A stretch of 64,000 nt of DNA from Eledone cirrhosa (lineage: Eukaryota): positions 26,784,001 through 26,848,000 of the forward strand of contig OZ024763.1 of the NCBI GenBank assembly GCA_964016885.1. The letters are read 5' to 3'. This document shows, piece after piece, positions 35,999 to 51,934 of the stretch. Under the pieces are notes generated by a model, which ran no database searches, had not been told where the DNA came from, and was given only the letters and a program-made list of their open reading frames with translations. Each line of letters starts with the position of its first letter. Within the stretch, counting starts at the first letter, position 1. Position numbers and translations under genes: made by a program.

Positions 35999-36799
35999 AG
36001 TAATACACAATGACACACACAAACACATTCATGCGCGAAACTGCACTGCTAGCAAGGCGGCTGACGAGGTAAAGTTGCATCTATTCGTTCGTCTTATGCA
36101 ACTGTGTGTATCATACTTGGTGCTATATACACACATATATATATATATATATAATCATGCATATATATATATATATATGTGTATGTATATATTTATATGG
36201 GTATGAGTGTATATATATATATATGTACGTGTGTATATACATATATGTGTGTGTGTATATATATATGAGTATATATATATATATATATGTATGTGTATAT
36301 ATATATATATGTATATATTTGTGTGTGTTGTATGTGAATATATGTATATATATGTGTGTGTGTATATATATGTATTTGTATGTATATTTATATGTAGGAG
36401 TATATATATGTTTGTATGTATTTATATACTTATGAGTATAAGAAAGAACTAAAGAATAAAAAAGAAGGAAAAAAAGAAGAAAGAGTTCAAGAAGGAATGA
36501 AGGAAGGAAGAAGGGAAAAAAAAGAAGACAGCAATGTTACGAAGGGGAGGTTGGAGTGGCGGTGGGGGTGTGTGCAGATTAATTTCGAAAAAAACTGGCA
36601 GAGAGGGGTAGGGATGTAGAGTAAGGTGGGTGGGTCGGGGTACTGTTTCGATGAAGTATTATATAAACTTATTGACAATAAGATATAATCCGTAGTGAGG
36701 GGTGGGGTGGAGTAGGAGGGGGTAGTGGTAGAGGGTGGGGAGAGGAAGGGAGGGAGGAGGAAGGGGACGGGAAATAACATGAGGAAACAACATTATTTA

Positions 36800-37392
36800 G
36801 AGGGTGGTGGAGGGTCGGACGCCATGCTTTCCAGCATAGTTACGTCCCTTTACGGTCTGAGTTCAAATCCCGCCGAGGTTGACTTTGCCTTTCATCCTTA
36901 CGGGGTCGATAAAATAAAGTACCAGTAATGAACTGGGTAATTGCTGGCCTTGTGCCTAAAATAGAAACAATTATTTAGAGGGTGGTGGATTGGCAGAGGG
37001 ACGGACGCCATGCTTTGCAGCAAAGAGTTACGGCCCTTTATGGTCTGAGTTCAAATCCCGCTGAGGTTAACTTGGCCTTTCATCCTTACGGGATCGATAA
37101 AATAAGGTACCAGTAATGCACTGGTATAGTTGCTGGCCTTGTGCCAATAGTAGAAACAATTATTTAGAGGGTGGGGAGAGAAGTATGATGAGATAACAGC
37201 ATTATTTAGGGGTGAATTGGGCGGTGGATTGGCAGTATTGGTAGAGCGTCGGACGCTATGCTTTGCAGCATAGAGTTACGGCCCTTTACGGTCTCAGTTC
37301 AAATCCCGCCGAGGTTAACTTGGCCTTTCATCCTTACGGGATCGATAAAATAAAGTACCAGTAATGCACTGGGGTAATTGCTGGCCTTGTGA
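36800..37392 (+). mobile_element. Three head-to-tail Meta-type SINE copies
   Basis: Consensus repeated at about 36808, 36980 and 37218. Confidence 0.85.
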
Positions 37393-37963
37393 GGTAGGAG
37401 GGGGTAGGATTAGGGGTGGGGAGAGTAAGGAAGGGAAGGGAAGGGAAGGGGAGGGGAAATATGATGAGAAAATAACATTATTTAGGGGTAGGGGAAGGGG
37501 AGAGAACTCTGATGAGATAACAATTATTTTCGTTTACGAAGCATTGAGGAAAGATGAAAAAAAATATGTTTGGCTTTTTTGTTTGAGTGCAAAATATAAA
37601 CTAGAGGGAGACGAATAAATAAGTAGTACTGGGTAGACAGGGGTAAAGTACCCCTGGGGCCGGGGGGAAAATAGTAAGTACTCACAGGTCTTGAATAAAC
37701 GTCCCGCCCCTCTCGCTTATTAATTTTTCAGATTTTTTCCAACCCCCACTCCCCCGCTTTTGTTCCCCTACCCTTCCCCAGCTTTTATTTCCCTCCCCTT
37801 ACCCACTTGACCCCCATCCCCTCCCACTTTTATTCCACTCCTCCACCCCACCTTTACCACCCTCTCTCACACCTTTACCCCCCCACTTTACCCCCCCCCC
37901 TCGCTCCGCTTATTAAATTTTGCTAATCTCTCTCCGGCGAAATTCTATTGTAAGCGATTGTAG

Positions 37964-38250
37964 AGGTACGTAGCCTAGTGGTAAGGGTGTTGGGCTTACG
38001 ACCATACTGTCATCGGTTCAATTCCTGGACTGGGTTGTGTGTTGTGTTTTTGAGTAAAACACTTCATTTCACGTTGCTCCAGTATACTCAGCTGAAAATG
38101 AGTACCGGCAATAGCTGGGAGTTTAACCCTGCGATGGACTGGCGTACTGTCCAGGGGGAAGTCTTGTACTCTCAGTCGCTTCAAGCCATGAAACCGGGAT
38201 AATCACTGGCCCGACGAGCCTTAAATGGCTTAAGACAAACTGTTGACTTT
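37964..38250 (+). mobile_element. tRNA-derived SINE with a V-domain-like segment
   Basis: A box tagcctagtggtaag, B box ggttcaattcc, and aaccctgcgatggactggcgtactgtccagggg. Confidence 0.72.
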
Positions 38251-38257
38251 AGATTCA

Positions 38258-38437
38258 TATGGCACAAGGCCAGCAATTACCCCAGTGCATTACTGGTACT
38301 TTATTTTATCGACCCTGTAAGGATGAAAGACAAAGATTAACCTCGGCGGGATTTGAGCTCAGGCCGTAAAGGGCCGCAACTCTATGCTACGAAGCATAGC
38401 GACCGACCTTCTATCGATACTGCTAATCCACCGCCCT
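38258..38437 (-). mobile_element. Meta-type SINE
   Basis: Reverse complement of the SINE consensus. Confidence 0.85.
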
Positions 38438-38603
38438 GGAGAATCTAATTATAATTTTACATTACAAAATATATATATAAAAAAAGAACATAACACTACA
38501 GCATTCTAATCAAAGTATGTATACATTTTTTAGGGACACCCTGTACATATATCGTCATCATCATTGTACTGTATTCTGTTGTTTTTGCCGATGAATGTTC
38601 GCA

Positions 38604-38657
<54 letters not shown>

Positions 38658-39096
38658 CTGGAGATGAGGGTTGCACATTTTTTTCGGGGGTATGTGTTGC
38701 CCATATGAAATGTCTCCCCCTATTGGGGAAAATCGATTAACTTTTAAATTGTAATTGTGATAATATTTTACACGTTTTTATTGTATGTAAACTTCCCCCT
38801 TTGTATTTGTCCCCTTCTTTTGTGCCCCTGTGGCTAATAAAGAAACATATCTATCTATCTATCTAGAAGAGAGAGGAAAAGGAAGAAAGGAGCACTTGCA
38901 CAACACGCTCCTGGAGTTGAGGGTTGTTCTATCGACGGGGTATTAAACAACCCATTTGTGACGCCTCCCCCCTATTGGGGATTTCGATTGTTATAATTGT
39001 TTGTTTTTATATTTTTTACACGAGTGTATGTAAAATCCCCGGCATGTCTTTGTATTGTCCCCTTTTCTTGTGTGCCCTTGTGGCTAATAAAGAAAT

Positions 39097-39097
<1 letters not shown>
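38658..39097 (+). mobile_element. Two tandem short retroelement 3' ends, each followed by (TATC)n
   Basis: ccccctattgggg...ttttacacg...tgtccc..tgtgccc..gtggctaataaagaaa occurs twice. Confidence 0.6.
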
Positions 39098-39154
<57 letters not shown>

Positions 39155-39400
39155 CTATCTATCTATCAATATGTCTATCTGTCTTTCTGTCTATCTATAT
39201 ATATCTACACACACACACATACATATACACAGGTATATATATATAATAAGCGTGAAACTAATAAGACTTCGTGTTATTGCTTCCCTATGTTCGTCTTGTT
39301 TATCATTAACTACGGTCCACACACACACACACACATGTATATATATATATACACGTATATACATATATATATACGTATATATATATATATATATACACGC

Positions 39401-39460
<60 letters not shown>

Positions 39461-39534
39461 GTATATATATATATATACATATACACGTTTATACATATAT
39501 ACACACAAACACACACATATATATATATACACAT

Positions 39535-39585
<51 letters not shown>

Positions 39586-39587
39586 TA

Positions 39588-39653
<66 letters not shown>

Positions 39654-39718
39654 GGTATATATATATATATATATATATATACGCATACATAGGTATATAT
39701 ATATATATACGCATACAT

Positions 39719-39779
<61 letters not shown>

Positions 39780-39786
39780 CATATAT

Positions 39787-39856
<70 letters not shown>

Positions 39857-39894
39857 GTACATATATATATGTGTGCATGTATGTATATATATAT

Positions 39895-40000
39895 ATACAT
39901 ACTACTGTACGTCTGTATACATATATGTATGTATGTGTACATACTTATATTTAAGTAACAGCCGTACTAAGAGTGGGAAATGAAATTTCGTTTCATTTTT
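39895..40000 (+). repeat. Fragment of the 58.2-59.1 kb hammerhead element family
   Basis: Reverse complement of about 58200-58305 (ctactgtacgtctgtatac...ccgtactaagagtg.gaaatgaaatttcgttt). Confidence 0.75.
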
Positions 40001-40003
40001 TCC

Positions 40004-40041
<38 letters not shown>

Positions 40042-40316
40042 GCATACATAGGTATATATCTATATATATATACGCATTATATATATATATATATATATAC
40101 CTTGTTTAACTCCTGGTAGATAGTGTACGACTCAGTAAGTCGGATTTCTTATCTTCAGCTGTTCTGTCAGACGGAAAATGAATGCGAAAAACATAAATCT
40201 GAAACCAAACGCGTGCATATGTGTGTATGTATGTGTATATATATGTGTGTGTTGTGTATATATGTGTGTGAGTATATATGTATGTGTGTGTGTATATATG
40301 TTTAGATGTGTATGTT

Positions 40317-40347
<31 letters not shown>

Positions 40348-41732
40348 GCGTGTTTTTATGTGTGGATGTGTGTATATATATGTGTGTTGTGTATATATGT
40401 GTGTGAGTATATATGTATGTGTGTGTGTATATATGTTTAGATGTGTATGTTTGTGTGTGTGTGTGTATATATATATATATGCGTGGATGTGTGTATATAT
40501 ATGTGTGTTGTGTATATATGTGTGTGAGTATATATGTATGTGTGTGTGTATATATGTTTAGATGTGTATGTTTTTGTGTGTGTGTGTGTGTGTATATATA
40601 TATGCGTGTTTTTATGTGTGGATGTGTGTATATATATATATATGTTTGTATGTGTGTGTGTATATATGTGAGTGTGTGTGTGTGTATGTATTTGTGTGTG
40701 TCTGTGTATGTGTGTATATATAGATATATGTATATGTATATACATGTATATATATGTATATGTATATATATATAGACATATGTATATGTATATATATATA
40801 TGTATATGTTTATATATAGATATATGTATATATATGTATATTTATATATATAGACATATGTATATGTATATATATATATGTGTGTGTGTGTGAATATGTA
40901 TGTATGTGTGTGTAAATATGTGTGTGTGATGAGGAAGAAGGAAGCGAAAGAGGAGGAGGAGGAGGAGGAGGAAGAAGAGGAAGGGGAAGTAATCCCGTTG
41001 TTTATCATTTCTAAAACTGTTCTCAAACTGGGAATATTTCATTTTTGTTCTCAGCTTGATGTCAAGATTGGATGGAACTATGGCTGGAAAACAAGGTTGT
41101 TATGGCAGAGAACATAGTAAATGGTGTGTGTGTGTGTATATATATGTGTGTGTATGTGTGTGTGTATATATATATATGTGTGTGTGTGTAATGTGTTTGT
41201 ATGTGGGTATGGCGAAAAACAACGTTTGTTATGGAGAATATAGTAAATGATGCGTGTGTGTGTGTGTAATATTGTGTGCGTGAGTGTGTGTAATGTTGTG
41301 TATGCGTGTGTGTGTGTGGCGAAAAACGTTTGTTATGGTAGTATGTAGTAAATGGTGTGTGTGTGTGTATGTGTGTGTGTGTGTGTGTTTTTGGCGAAAA
41401 ACAACGTTTGTTGTTATGGCAGAGGAGAATGAGTAAATGGTGTGTTTGTGTGTGTGTGTGAAAAATATTATCGTTATACTGAAAAATTCGTTATAATGGT
41501 ATTCGTTATAACGGAAATTTACCTGTATATATATAAAATTTGTAGATCGATTTTCGTTAAATCGGACCGAGGAAACTACGTTTCCGTTGGCCTTTCCGAT
41601 TGCTAATACTATCTATCGGTCACAACTCCACAAGGTAGAATATATATATTACTCTTTTACTCTTTTACCTGTTTCAGCCATCCGGCTGAGGCCATGCTGG
41701 AGCACTGCCCTTGGATATATATATATATATAT

Positions 41733-41842
41733 AGCTCTGCCATCGGGGTCTTGAACATTTTCCTAATACACACTCTACTACACTAAGTATTGAGTACTCT
41801 GGTGCGTTATGGTCCACCTGGTACCTTACTACACTTCCTTCG

Positions 41843-41844
<2 letters not shown>
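41733..41844 (+). mobile_element. 5'-truncated copy of the 8941 family without the palindrome
   Basis: Shared tail sequence with (TA)n flanks. Confidence 0.75.
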
Positions 41845-41884
<40 letters not shown>

Positions 41885-41940
41885 GACGAACGAGAGAAAA
41901 GAGTAGTATTCAATACCGAAGTAGAGTTTAGATATTAAAT

Positions 41941-42061
41941 TATAATAGCTTATAGCTAAGTAGTGAGTCTTGTTACTCTGGAGTTTCACCTGCTTACGAT
42001 GTTCTTGCGGCTGCACAGGTGAAACTTCAGAGCAACAACACTTTCTATTTAGCCATTATAA
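41941..42061. repeat. Imperfect palindrome containing a hammerhead 3' half (second family; related copy at 53350-53430)
   Basis: tgttactctggagtttcacctg...caggtgaaacttcagagcaaca. The reverse complement reads GAAA-CTC(ca)GAG-TA^ACAAG. Confidence 0.6.
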
Positions 42062-42062
42062 A

Positions 42063-42120
<58 letters not shown>

Positions 42121-42208
42121 TTTTTAATATAAAAAATTTTTTTTTTTAATATAAAATTTTTTTTTTTAATATAAGGAACTGTTTCTTTGTTTATTCATTA
42201 TTTTTTTA

Positions 42209-42282
<74 letters not shown>

Positions 42283-42306
42283 AAGTCTATAAACAGACAT
42301 ACATAT

Positions 42307-42352
<46 letters not shown>

Positions 42353-42413
42353 AAACAATTTTTTCGCTGCACTCACACATATATATAGCTACATAGACAT
42401 ACACATACGCATT

Positions 42414-42457
<44 letters not shown>

Positions 42458-43751
42458 TACACATACACACACATATATATATATATGGTTAGTGCCTGTT
42501 GTCATTTCCACAATTTCCATCACTTCTGCGGCCACCACTTCCACCACCTCTCACCACCAACAAACAACATCAGCAACACCATCCCCACCACCGCCACCAT
42601 CTCCACCAGCCCCACAACCACCACCGCCACCACCACCACCATCATCATCACCATCACCACTAAAAACAACCACAACATCACCAGTACCTCCACCACCCCA
42701 CCACCACCACCAACAACAACAACAACATCACCATCACAACCACAACAACAACAACAACAACCACAACAACAACATCACCATCACAACCACAACAACAACC
42801 ACACCACCACCACCACCAACAACAACAACAGCAACATCACAACCACAACAACAACACCACCATCACCATCACCACCAACAACAACATCAATAACACCACC
42901 AGCACCTCCACCCTCCTATGACACACCCTACCTTTACAATTCACCATGGCAATGCAAGACACGTCAATCACATCCACAATCTGTTGTCATGGCAACATAT
43001 CCACAGAAACCTCATTCTCTCATTCTTTCCCCATTTCGTTTTCTATAGTTTTACTCACACATACATACATATATACATATACATACATACATATATATAT
43101 AAATACATATATACATATATATACATATATATATACATATATACATATATACATATATACATATATACATATACATACATATATACATATATACATATAC
43201 ATACATACATATATATATACATATTTACATATACATACATACATACATATATATACATACATATATACATATATACATACATATATACATACATATATAC
43301 ATATACATACATACATATATACATATACATACATACATATATACATATACATACATACATACATATGTACATATACATACATACATATATACATATACAT
43401 ACATACATATGTACATATACATACATACTGTATATGCATACATACATATGTACATATACATACATACATATATACATATACATACATATATACATATATA
43501 TACATACATACATATATACATACATATACATACATACATATATACATATACATTTACATACATACATATATACATATACACACATATCACATACATACAC
43601 ATATATAGATATACACATACATATATATACATACATACATATATACATACATACATATATATACATATATACATATACATACATATATACATATACATAC
43701 ATATACATACATACATATATACACACATATACACATTAGATATACACATAC

Positions 43752-43782
<31 letters not shown>

Positions 43783-43869
43783 TATATATATACACACACA
43801 AATATATATATACACACGTATATACATACATACATAAATCCATATACATACATAAATCCATACACACAC

Positions 43870-43918
<49 letters not shown>

Positions 43919-44771
43919 CACATGCATACATACAAAATTGTATATATATATATACATGCATACATATATATATATATATATGTACATATATATATATACC
44001 CATGCATACATACATATATATATATATATACCCATGCATGCATACATATATATATATATATACGTATATATATATACCCATGCATACATATATATATATA
44101 TAAACATCTCCCCCTCTCTCTCTCCTACCTCTCTCTACATTTCTCCCCCTCTCTCTACCTCTCTCTACCATCGCTATCTTCCTAGCCCCTCTCTCTACAT
44201 CTCTCCCCCTCTCTCTACCTCTCTCCCCTCATTCTACCTCTCTTCCTAGTCCCTCTCTCAACCCTCTCTCTACATCTCTCCCCCTCTCTCTACCTCTCTC
44301 CCCCTCATTCTACCTCTCTCTACCCTCGCTCTCTCCCTAGACCCTCTCTCAACCCTCTCCCTACATCTGTCCCTCTCTCTCCACCAACTCTCAACAATAA
44401 CCCACCTTTACCAGAAACACACCACTCAACTGTTTGCCGACTTCAGTGAAATATTTGTTCCTGTCTTTCACAATTGCTCTCAATTCTGGTTCCGTCTATG
44501 TCTCTTATACTTTAGCGTTTATAGTTTATTCCTCCCCCCCCCCCGCCCTCGTCGTTCCTCTCCTCCACTTTCTCCCCTGCTCTATACCTCCTTACTCCTC
44601 CCGCTATCCTTCTCTATACCTCTCACTGTCTCTCTTCTCTATACGCCCCTCCCCAATAATAACAGTCCAATCTTTATAAATGTACCACAATGCATTGCGA
44701 AATAATGCATGCAGGCAACAATGGCGGATCTACTTCTACAACAATGATAGCTTCAATTGTACTGAATCATA

Positions 44772-44820
<49 letters not shown>

Positions 44821-44997
44821 GTATATATATCTATATACACACTCATGTATAAACACACACACATGTACATATATATGTATACACACACATATGTACACAC
44901 ACGCACACACACACACACACACACTCATGAATATACACATATACTTCGACAACAATCCTAGCTTTAATTGTACTGAAACATACATGTATACATGTAT

Positions 44998-46090
44998 GTT
45001 TAGCTCAGGATGGGGGTGTTTAGCTCAAGATGGGGGTGTTTAGCTCAGGATGGTAGTGTTTAGCTCAAGATGGGGGTGTTTAGCTTACGGTAGTGGGGTT
45101 TAGCTCAAGATGGGGGTGTTTAGCTCACGGTAGTGGGGTTTAGCTCAGGATGGTATGTGCGTGTATACATGACATGTATATTTCATGTATACACGCACAT
45201 GCCATCCTGAGCTAAACTCCACTACCGTGAGCTAAATACCCCCATCTTGAGCTAAATACCCCCATCCTGAGCTAAACACTACCATCCTGAGCTAAACCCA
45301 ACCACCCTGAGCTAAACACCTCCATCTTGAGCTAAACACCTCCATCTTTAGCTAAACACTACCATCCTGAGATAAACACCACCATCTTGTGCTAAATACC
45401 ACCATCCTGAGCTAAACACTACCATCCTGAGCTAAACACCTCCATCGTAAGCTAAATGCTACCATCTTGAGCTAAACACCACAATCTTGAGCTAAGTACC
45501 ACCATCTTGAGCTAATCATCACCATCTTCAGCTAAACGCTACCATCTTGAGCTAAATATCACCATCTTGAGCTAAATACCGCCATCTTGAGCTAAACATC
45601 ACCATCTTCAGCTAAACACTACTATCTTCAGCTAAACACTACCATCTTGAGCTAAACATCACCATCCTGAGCTAAGCACCACCATCCTCAGCTAAACACT
45701 ACCACCCTCAGCTAAACATTACCATCTTGAGCTAAACACCTCCATCCTGAGCTAAACACTACCATCCTGAGATAAACACCACCATCCTGAGCTAAACAAC
45801 ACCATATTGAGCTAAACACTACTATCTTGATCTAAACACTACCATCTTGAGCTAAACACCACCATCTTGAGCTAAATACCACCACCATCTTGAGCTAAAC
45901 ATAACCAGCTTCAGCTAAACGCTACCATATTGAGCTAAATGTTACCATCTTGAGCTAAATATCACCATCTTGAGCTAAACATCACCATCTTCAGCTAAAT
46001 GCTACCATTTTGATCTAAACGCTATCATCTTGAACTAAATATCACCACCTTGAGCTAAATACCACCATCTTGAGCTAAATATCACCTTCT
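44998..46090. repeat. 20-bp minisatellite (gctaaacaccaccatcttga) arranged as two head-to-head inverted arrays
   Basis: 44998-45172 is the reverse complement of 45183 onward. About 45 units lie on the right arm. Confidence 0.9.
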
Positions 46091-46254
46091 TGTCAGCACT
46101 AAACCACGCTACTGTATTATCTTGAGCCAAGCCACCTCACCACTAAACCATCCACCATGCCATCTTGAGCCAAGCCACCTCACCACTAAACCATCCACCA
46201 CTACAATGTGGTGAACATCTCTCTAATAAGATCGTTAAACATGGCCGTACTGCA

Positions 46255-46783
46255 CCACATCATACCACACCACACTACACCACACCACACCACATCACAC
46301 CACACCACACCTGACCACACCACACTACATCACACCACACTACACCACACCACGCCTGACCACACCACACCATACCACACCACACCACATCACACCACAC
46401 CACACCACACCACACCACACCACATCACACCACACCACACTACATCACATCACACTACACCACACCACGCCTGACCACACCGCACCATACCACACCACAC
46501 CACATCACACCACACCACACCACACCACACCACACCACACCACACCACACCACACCACACCACACCACATCACACCACACCACACCTGACCACACCACAC
46601 CATACCACACCACACCACATCACACCACATCACACCACACCACACCATACCACACCACACCACACCACACCACACCACACCTGACCACACCATACCACAC
46701 CACACCACACCTGACCACACCACACCATACCACACCACACCACACCATACCACACTATACCATACAACACCACACCACACCAT
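46255..46783. repeat. (CCACA)n pentanucleotide satellite
   Basis: Directly visible. Confidence 0.9.
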
Positions 46784-46895
46784 ACTTACAGCCGCCGCCA
46801 TCTCTCCATCGTTGAACCTTGTCCAATGAGAACACTACGTTTTTTCAGTCTGACCAATCAACGAGCAGGACATGGTTGCCTATAGCAACAGTTCT
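46784..46895 (-). promoter_or_regulatory. Candidate promoter/first exon of a - strand gene
   Basis: X-box GTTGCCTATAGCAAC (46875-46889), two CCAAT motifs (46823, 46854), a YY1-like GAGATGGCGGC, and ATG GCG GCG GCT|GTAAGT with a perfect donor (46801-46784). Confidence 0.55.
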
Positions 46896-47409
46896 TCAGA
46901 TTTAGACATTAAACCAGAATGATAATTGTTTTCATTCCTCGCTCTCCCTCTCTCACTCTTTCTTCCCCCTCTCTCTCTCCCTCTCTCACTCTTTCTTTGT
47001 TCCTCTTTCTTCCTCTCTCTCTTACTCTTTCTTTCTGACTCTTTCTCTCCCTAGCTCTCACTCTCTCTTTCTCTCTCACTCTTTCTTTCTTTTTTCTTTT
47101 TTCTTTCTCTTTCCTTCTGTCTTTCTGTCTTTTTCTTTCTTTCTCTCTTTCCTTCTTTCTTTATGCCCCCCCTCTCTCCTGTCTCTCCTGGAAATTATAA
47201 TCGAACGAAACAGTGCTTGTCTTGTCCAAGTAATTTTTTATCCTAAATAAATTACTTGTACATGTATGTATGTATGTATATATATATGTATGTATGTATG
47301 TGTGTGTATATATATATATATAATATATATATATGTATGTATATATATATGTATGTACTATTGTATGTATGTATATATATATATATATGTATGTACTATT
47401 ATATGTATG

Positions 47410-47441
<32 letters not shown>

Positions 47442-47685
47442 CGTACGTACCTACGTATGTATATACGCTTGTATGTATGTATGTATGTATGTATGTATGT
47501 ATGTATGTATGTATATATATATGTATGTATTTACTATTGTATGTATGTATATATATATGTATGTATGTACTATTGTATGTATGTATGTATGTATGTATGT
47601 ATATATGTATGTTATCTCTTTCTCTTAATTTCGAGTATATTTTTTTGACCGGCCATGTATGTATGTGTGTACTCTTGTATGTATG

Positions 47686-47719
<34 letters not shown>

Positions 47720-47749
47720 TGTATGTATGTATGTATGTATGTATGTATG

Positions 47750-49170
47750 TATGTACTATTCTATGTATGTACTATTGTATGTATGTATGTACTATTGTAT
47801 GTATGTACTATTGTATGTATGTATGTACTATTGTATGTATGTATGTACTATTGTATATATGTACTATTGTATGTATGTACTATTGTATGTATGTATGTAC
47901 TATTGTATGTATGTACTATTGTATGTATGTACTATTGTATGTATGTATGTACTATTGTATGTATGTACTATTCTATGTATGTATGTACTATTGTATGTAT
48001 GTACTATTGTATGTATGTACTATTCTATGTATGTATGTACTATTGTATGTATGTATGTACTATTGTATGTATGTACTATTGTATGTATGTACTATTCTAT
48101 GTATGTATGTACTATTGTATGTATGTATGTACTATTGTATGTATGTACTATTGTATGTATGTATGTACTATTGTATGTATGTATGTACTATTGTATGTAT
48201 GTACTATTGTATGTATGTATGTACTATTGTATGTATGTACTATTGTATGTATGTATGTACTATTGTATGTATGTACTATTGTATGTATGTACTATTCTAT
48301 GTATGTATGTACTATTGTATGTATGTATGTACTATTGTATGTATGTACTATTGTATGTATGTATGTACTATTGTATGTATGTATGTACTATTGTATGTAT
48401 GTACTATTGTATGTATGTATGTACTATTGTATGTATGTATGTATGTACTATTGTATGTATGTACTATTGTATGTATGTACTATTGTATGTATGTACTATT
48501 GTATGTATGTACTATTGTATGTATGTACTATTGTATGTATGTATGTACTATTGTATGTATGTACTATTCTATGTATGTATGTACTATTGTATGTATGTAT
48601 GTACTATTGTATGTATGTATGTACTATTGTATGTATGTACTATTGTATGTATGTATGTACTATTGTATGTATGTACTATTCTATGTATGTATGTACTATT
48701 GTATGTATGTATGTACTATTGTATGTATGTACTATTGTATGTATGTATGTACTATTGTATGTATGTATGTACTATTGTATGTATGTACTATTGTATGTAT
48801 GTATGTACTATTGTATGTATGTACTATTGTATGTATGTATGTACTATTGTATGTATGTACTATTGTATGTATGTATGTACTATTGTATGTATGTACTATT
48901 GTATGTATGTACTATTCTATGTATGTATGTACTATTGTATGTATGTATGTACTATTGTATGTATGTACTATTGTATGTATGTACTATTGTATGTATGTAT
49001 GTACTATTGTATGTATGTACTATTGTATGTATGTACTATTGTATGTATGTACTATTCTATGTATGTACTATTGTATGTATGTACTATTGTATGTATGTAC
49101 TATTCTATGTATGTACTATTATATGTATGTATGTATGTACTATTGTATGTACGTATGTACTATTGTATGT
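47750..49170. repeat. Compound satellite (TATG)n-TACTATTG
   Basis: Directly visible. It produces the 500-600 aa artefactual ORFs. Confidence 0.95.
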
Positions 49171-49393
49171 ATGTATGTATGTATGCATGTATATATGAAT
49201 GCTTGTATGTATGTATATACGTATATATGTTGGTGAATGTTACATATATGCATGTATATCTGTAAATATATATATATATATATACACACATAACCACCCA
49301 CACACATTTATTGTGTAGGTGGGAACATATACATTATCCTGCTCATCAAAACACTAAGTGACTGTATATGTATATATATATATATATATATAT

Positions 49394-49587
49394 AACGAAG
49401 GAAATGTGGTAAGGAACCAGGTGGACCATAACGCACCAAAGTACTCAATACTTAGGGTAGTAGAGTGGGTAATAGGAACAAGTAAGACCCCGACGGCTGA
49501 GCTCAAGCCGTTTCGACGGCTAATTCTGTCACAGAATTAGCCGTCGAAACGGCTTGAGCTCAGCCGTCGGGGTCTTACTTGTTCCTA
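49394..49587 (-). mobile_element. Palindromic HHR-derived element (8941 family)
   Basis: Reverse complement of 8941-9130, with the palindrome at 49473-49587 and (TA)n on both sides. Confidence 0.82.
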
Positions 49588-49712
49588 TATATATATATAT
49601 ATATATAGTAATAATAAAAATTTGAAGACTAAAATCCAAAGAGGGCTCGATAAGGATAAATATATATCAAATATATAAGAACTGTAGAGCAAATATATAT
49701 ATATATATGTAT

Positions 49713-50000
49713 ATCCCATCAGGTGTAATGACTTGGGCTTTGGTGTTGGTGTAGAGTAGTGATATCAGGTTCACTATCTTCTTGGGGATTCCATAAGCCT
49801 GTGAGATCTTCATCTCTTCATCAGGCAGTGACGGTCTACAGAATCAAAGGCCTTCCTAAAGTCAACGAAAACCATGAACGCAGGAAGGCACTTTGCTCTA
49901 GCTCCCTCTAATATCCTCCTCAGCATCAGGATGTGACTGGTGGTTGATCTTCCCTCTCTGAAGCCGTTCTGGTTGTCCCCGAGCTTCTTCTCCATCTCAG
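49713..50000 (-). pseudogene. Inverted RT fragment of an RTE-type LINE
   Basis: Encodes [22 protein letters not shown]...FVDFRKAFDSVDR, then after a frameshift AYGIPKKIVNLISLLY. Confidence 0.88.
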
Positions 50001-50604
<604 letters not shown>

Positions 50605-50821
50605 AGTGTTTGTGTACCAGAACAGTGTGTATGCTGTTTATGTATATGTGTACAGTTTGTGTATGTGCAGTATGTCTATATATGTATATGTGTGTATGTC
50701 TAATGTATGTGTGTGTGAGATGTATAATATGTGTGTATGTGTATATGCGTAATATGTAATATATGTGTGTGTATATGTATGTCTATATGTGTAATATGTA
50801 ATATGTGTGTGTATATGTGTA

Positions 50822-50877
<56 letters not shown>

Positions 50878-50954
50878 ATGTGTAATATATATATATATAT
50901 ATATGTATGTGTATATGTGTAATATGTAATATGTGCATGTATATGTGTAATATG

Positions 50955-51031
<77 letters not shown>

Positions 51032-51054
51032 TTATATATGTGTGTATATGTGTA

Positions 51055-51110
<56 letters not shown>

Positions 51111-51288
51111 ATGTATATGTGTAATATGTATATATATATGTATATATATATATATGTATGTGTATATGTGTGTGTATATGTGTAATATGTATATATATAT
51201 ATATAAATATATGTGTGTGTATATGTATGTGTATATGCGTAATATGTAATATATGTGTATGTATATGTATGTGTATAAGTGTAATATG

Positions 51289-51319
<31 letters not shown>

Positions 51320-51613
51320 GTGTGTAATATGTAATATATGTGTGTGTATATGTATGTACAATATATATGTATGTATATGCAAGGTTTGTGTATACAAAGA
51401 AGACAGGCGTAATACGATTTCTGTTGCTATGGAAACGACCGACATAATCGATTTTCACGGCAGACATCTGCCGGAGGTATTAGTGAAAATAATTGATGTA
51501 GAAGAGTTGAGACTAGCGGGTGTATATATGTGGGTGTACATATATATATATATATATGTATATGTATGTGTATCTGTTTGTGTTTATATATTGAAGTAAA
51601 ACTGTGTACATGC

Positions 51614-51725
<112 letters not shown>

Positions 51726-51762
51726 ATATTTATATATACATGTGTATATACGTGTATATATC

Positions 51763-51848
<86 letters not shown>

Positions 51849-51859
51849 CATACATACAT

Positions 51860-51934
<75 letters not shown>

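Noticed and set aside
36030-36105. ASKAADEVKLHLFV as the next amidohydrolase exon, or CTGACGA/GAAA as a type II hammerhead
   Set aside because: There is no credible acceptor, the expected His motif is absent, and the hammerhead stems do not pair.
47256-49265. 525-621 aa ORFs, and the many YI/CV/HT/SL/RE ORFs across the window
   Set aside because: They are stop-free translations of microsatellites, open in several frames at once.
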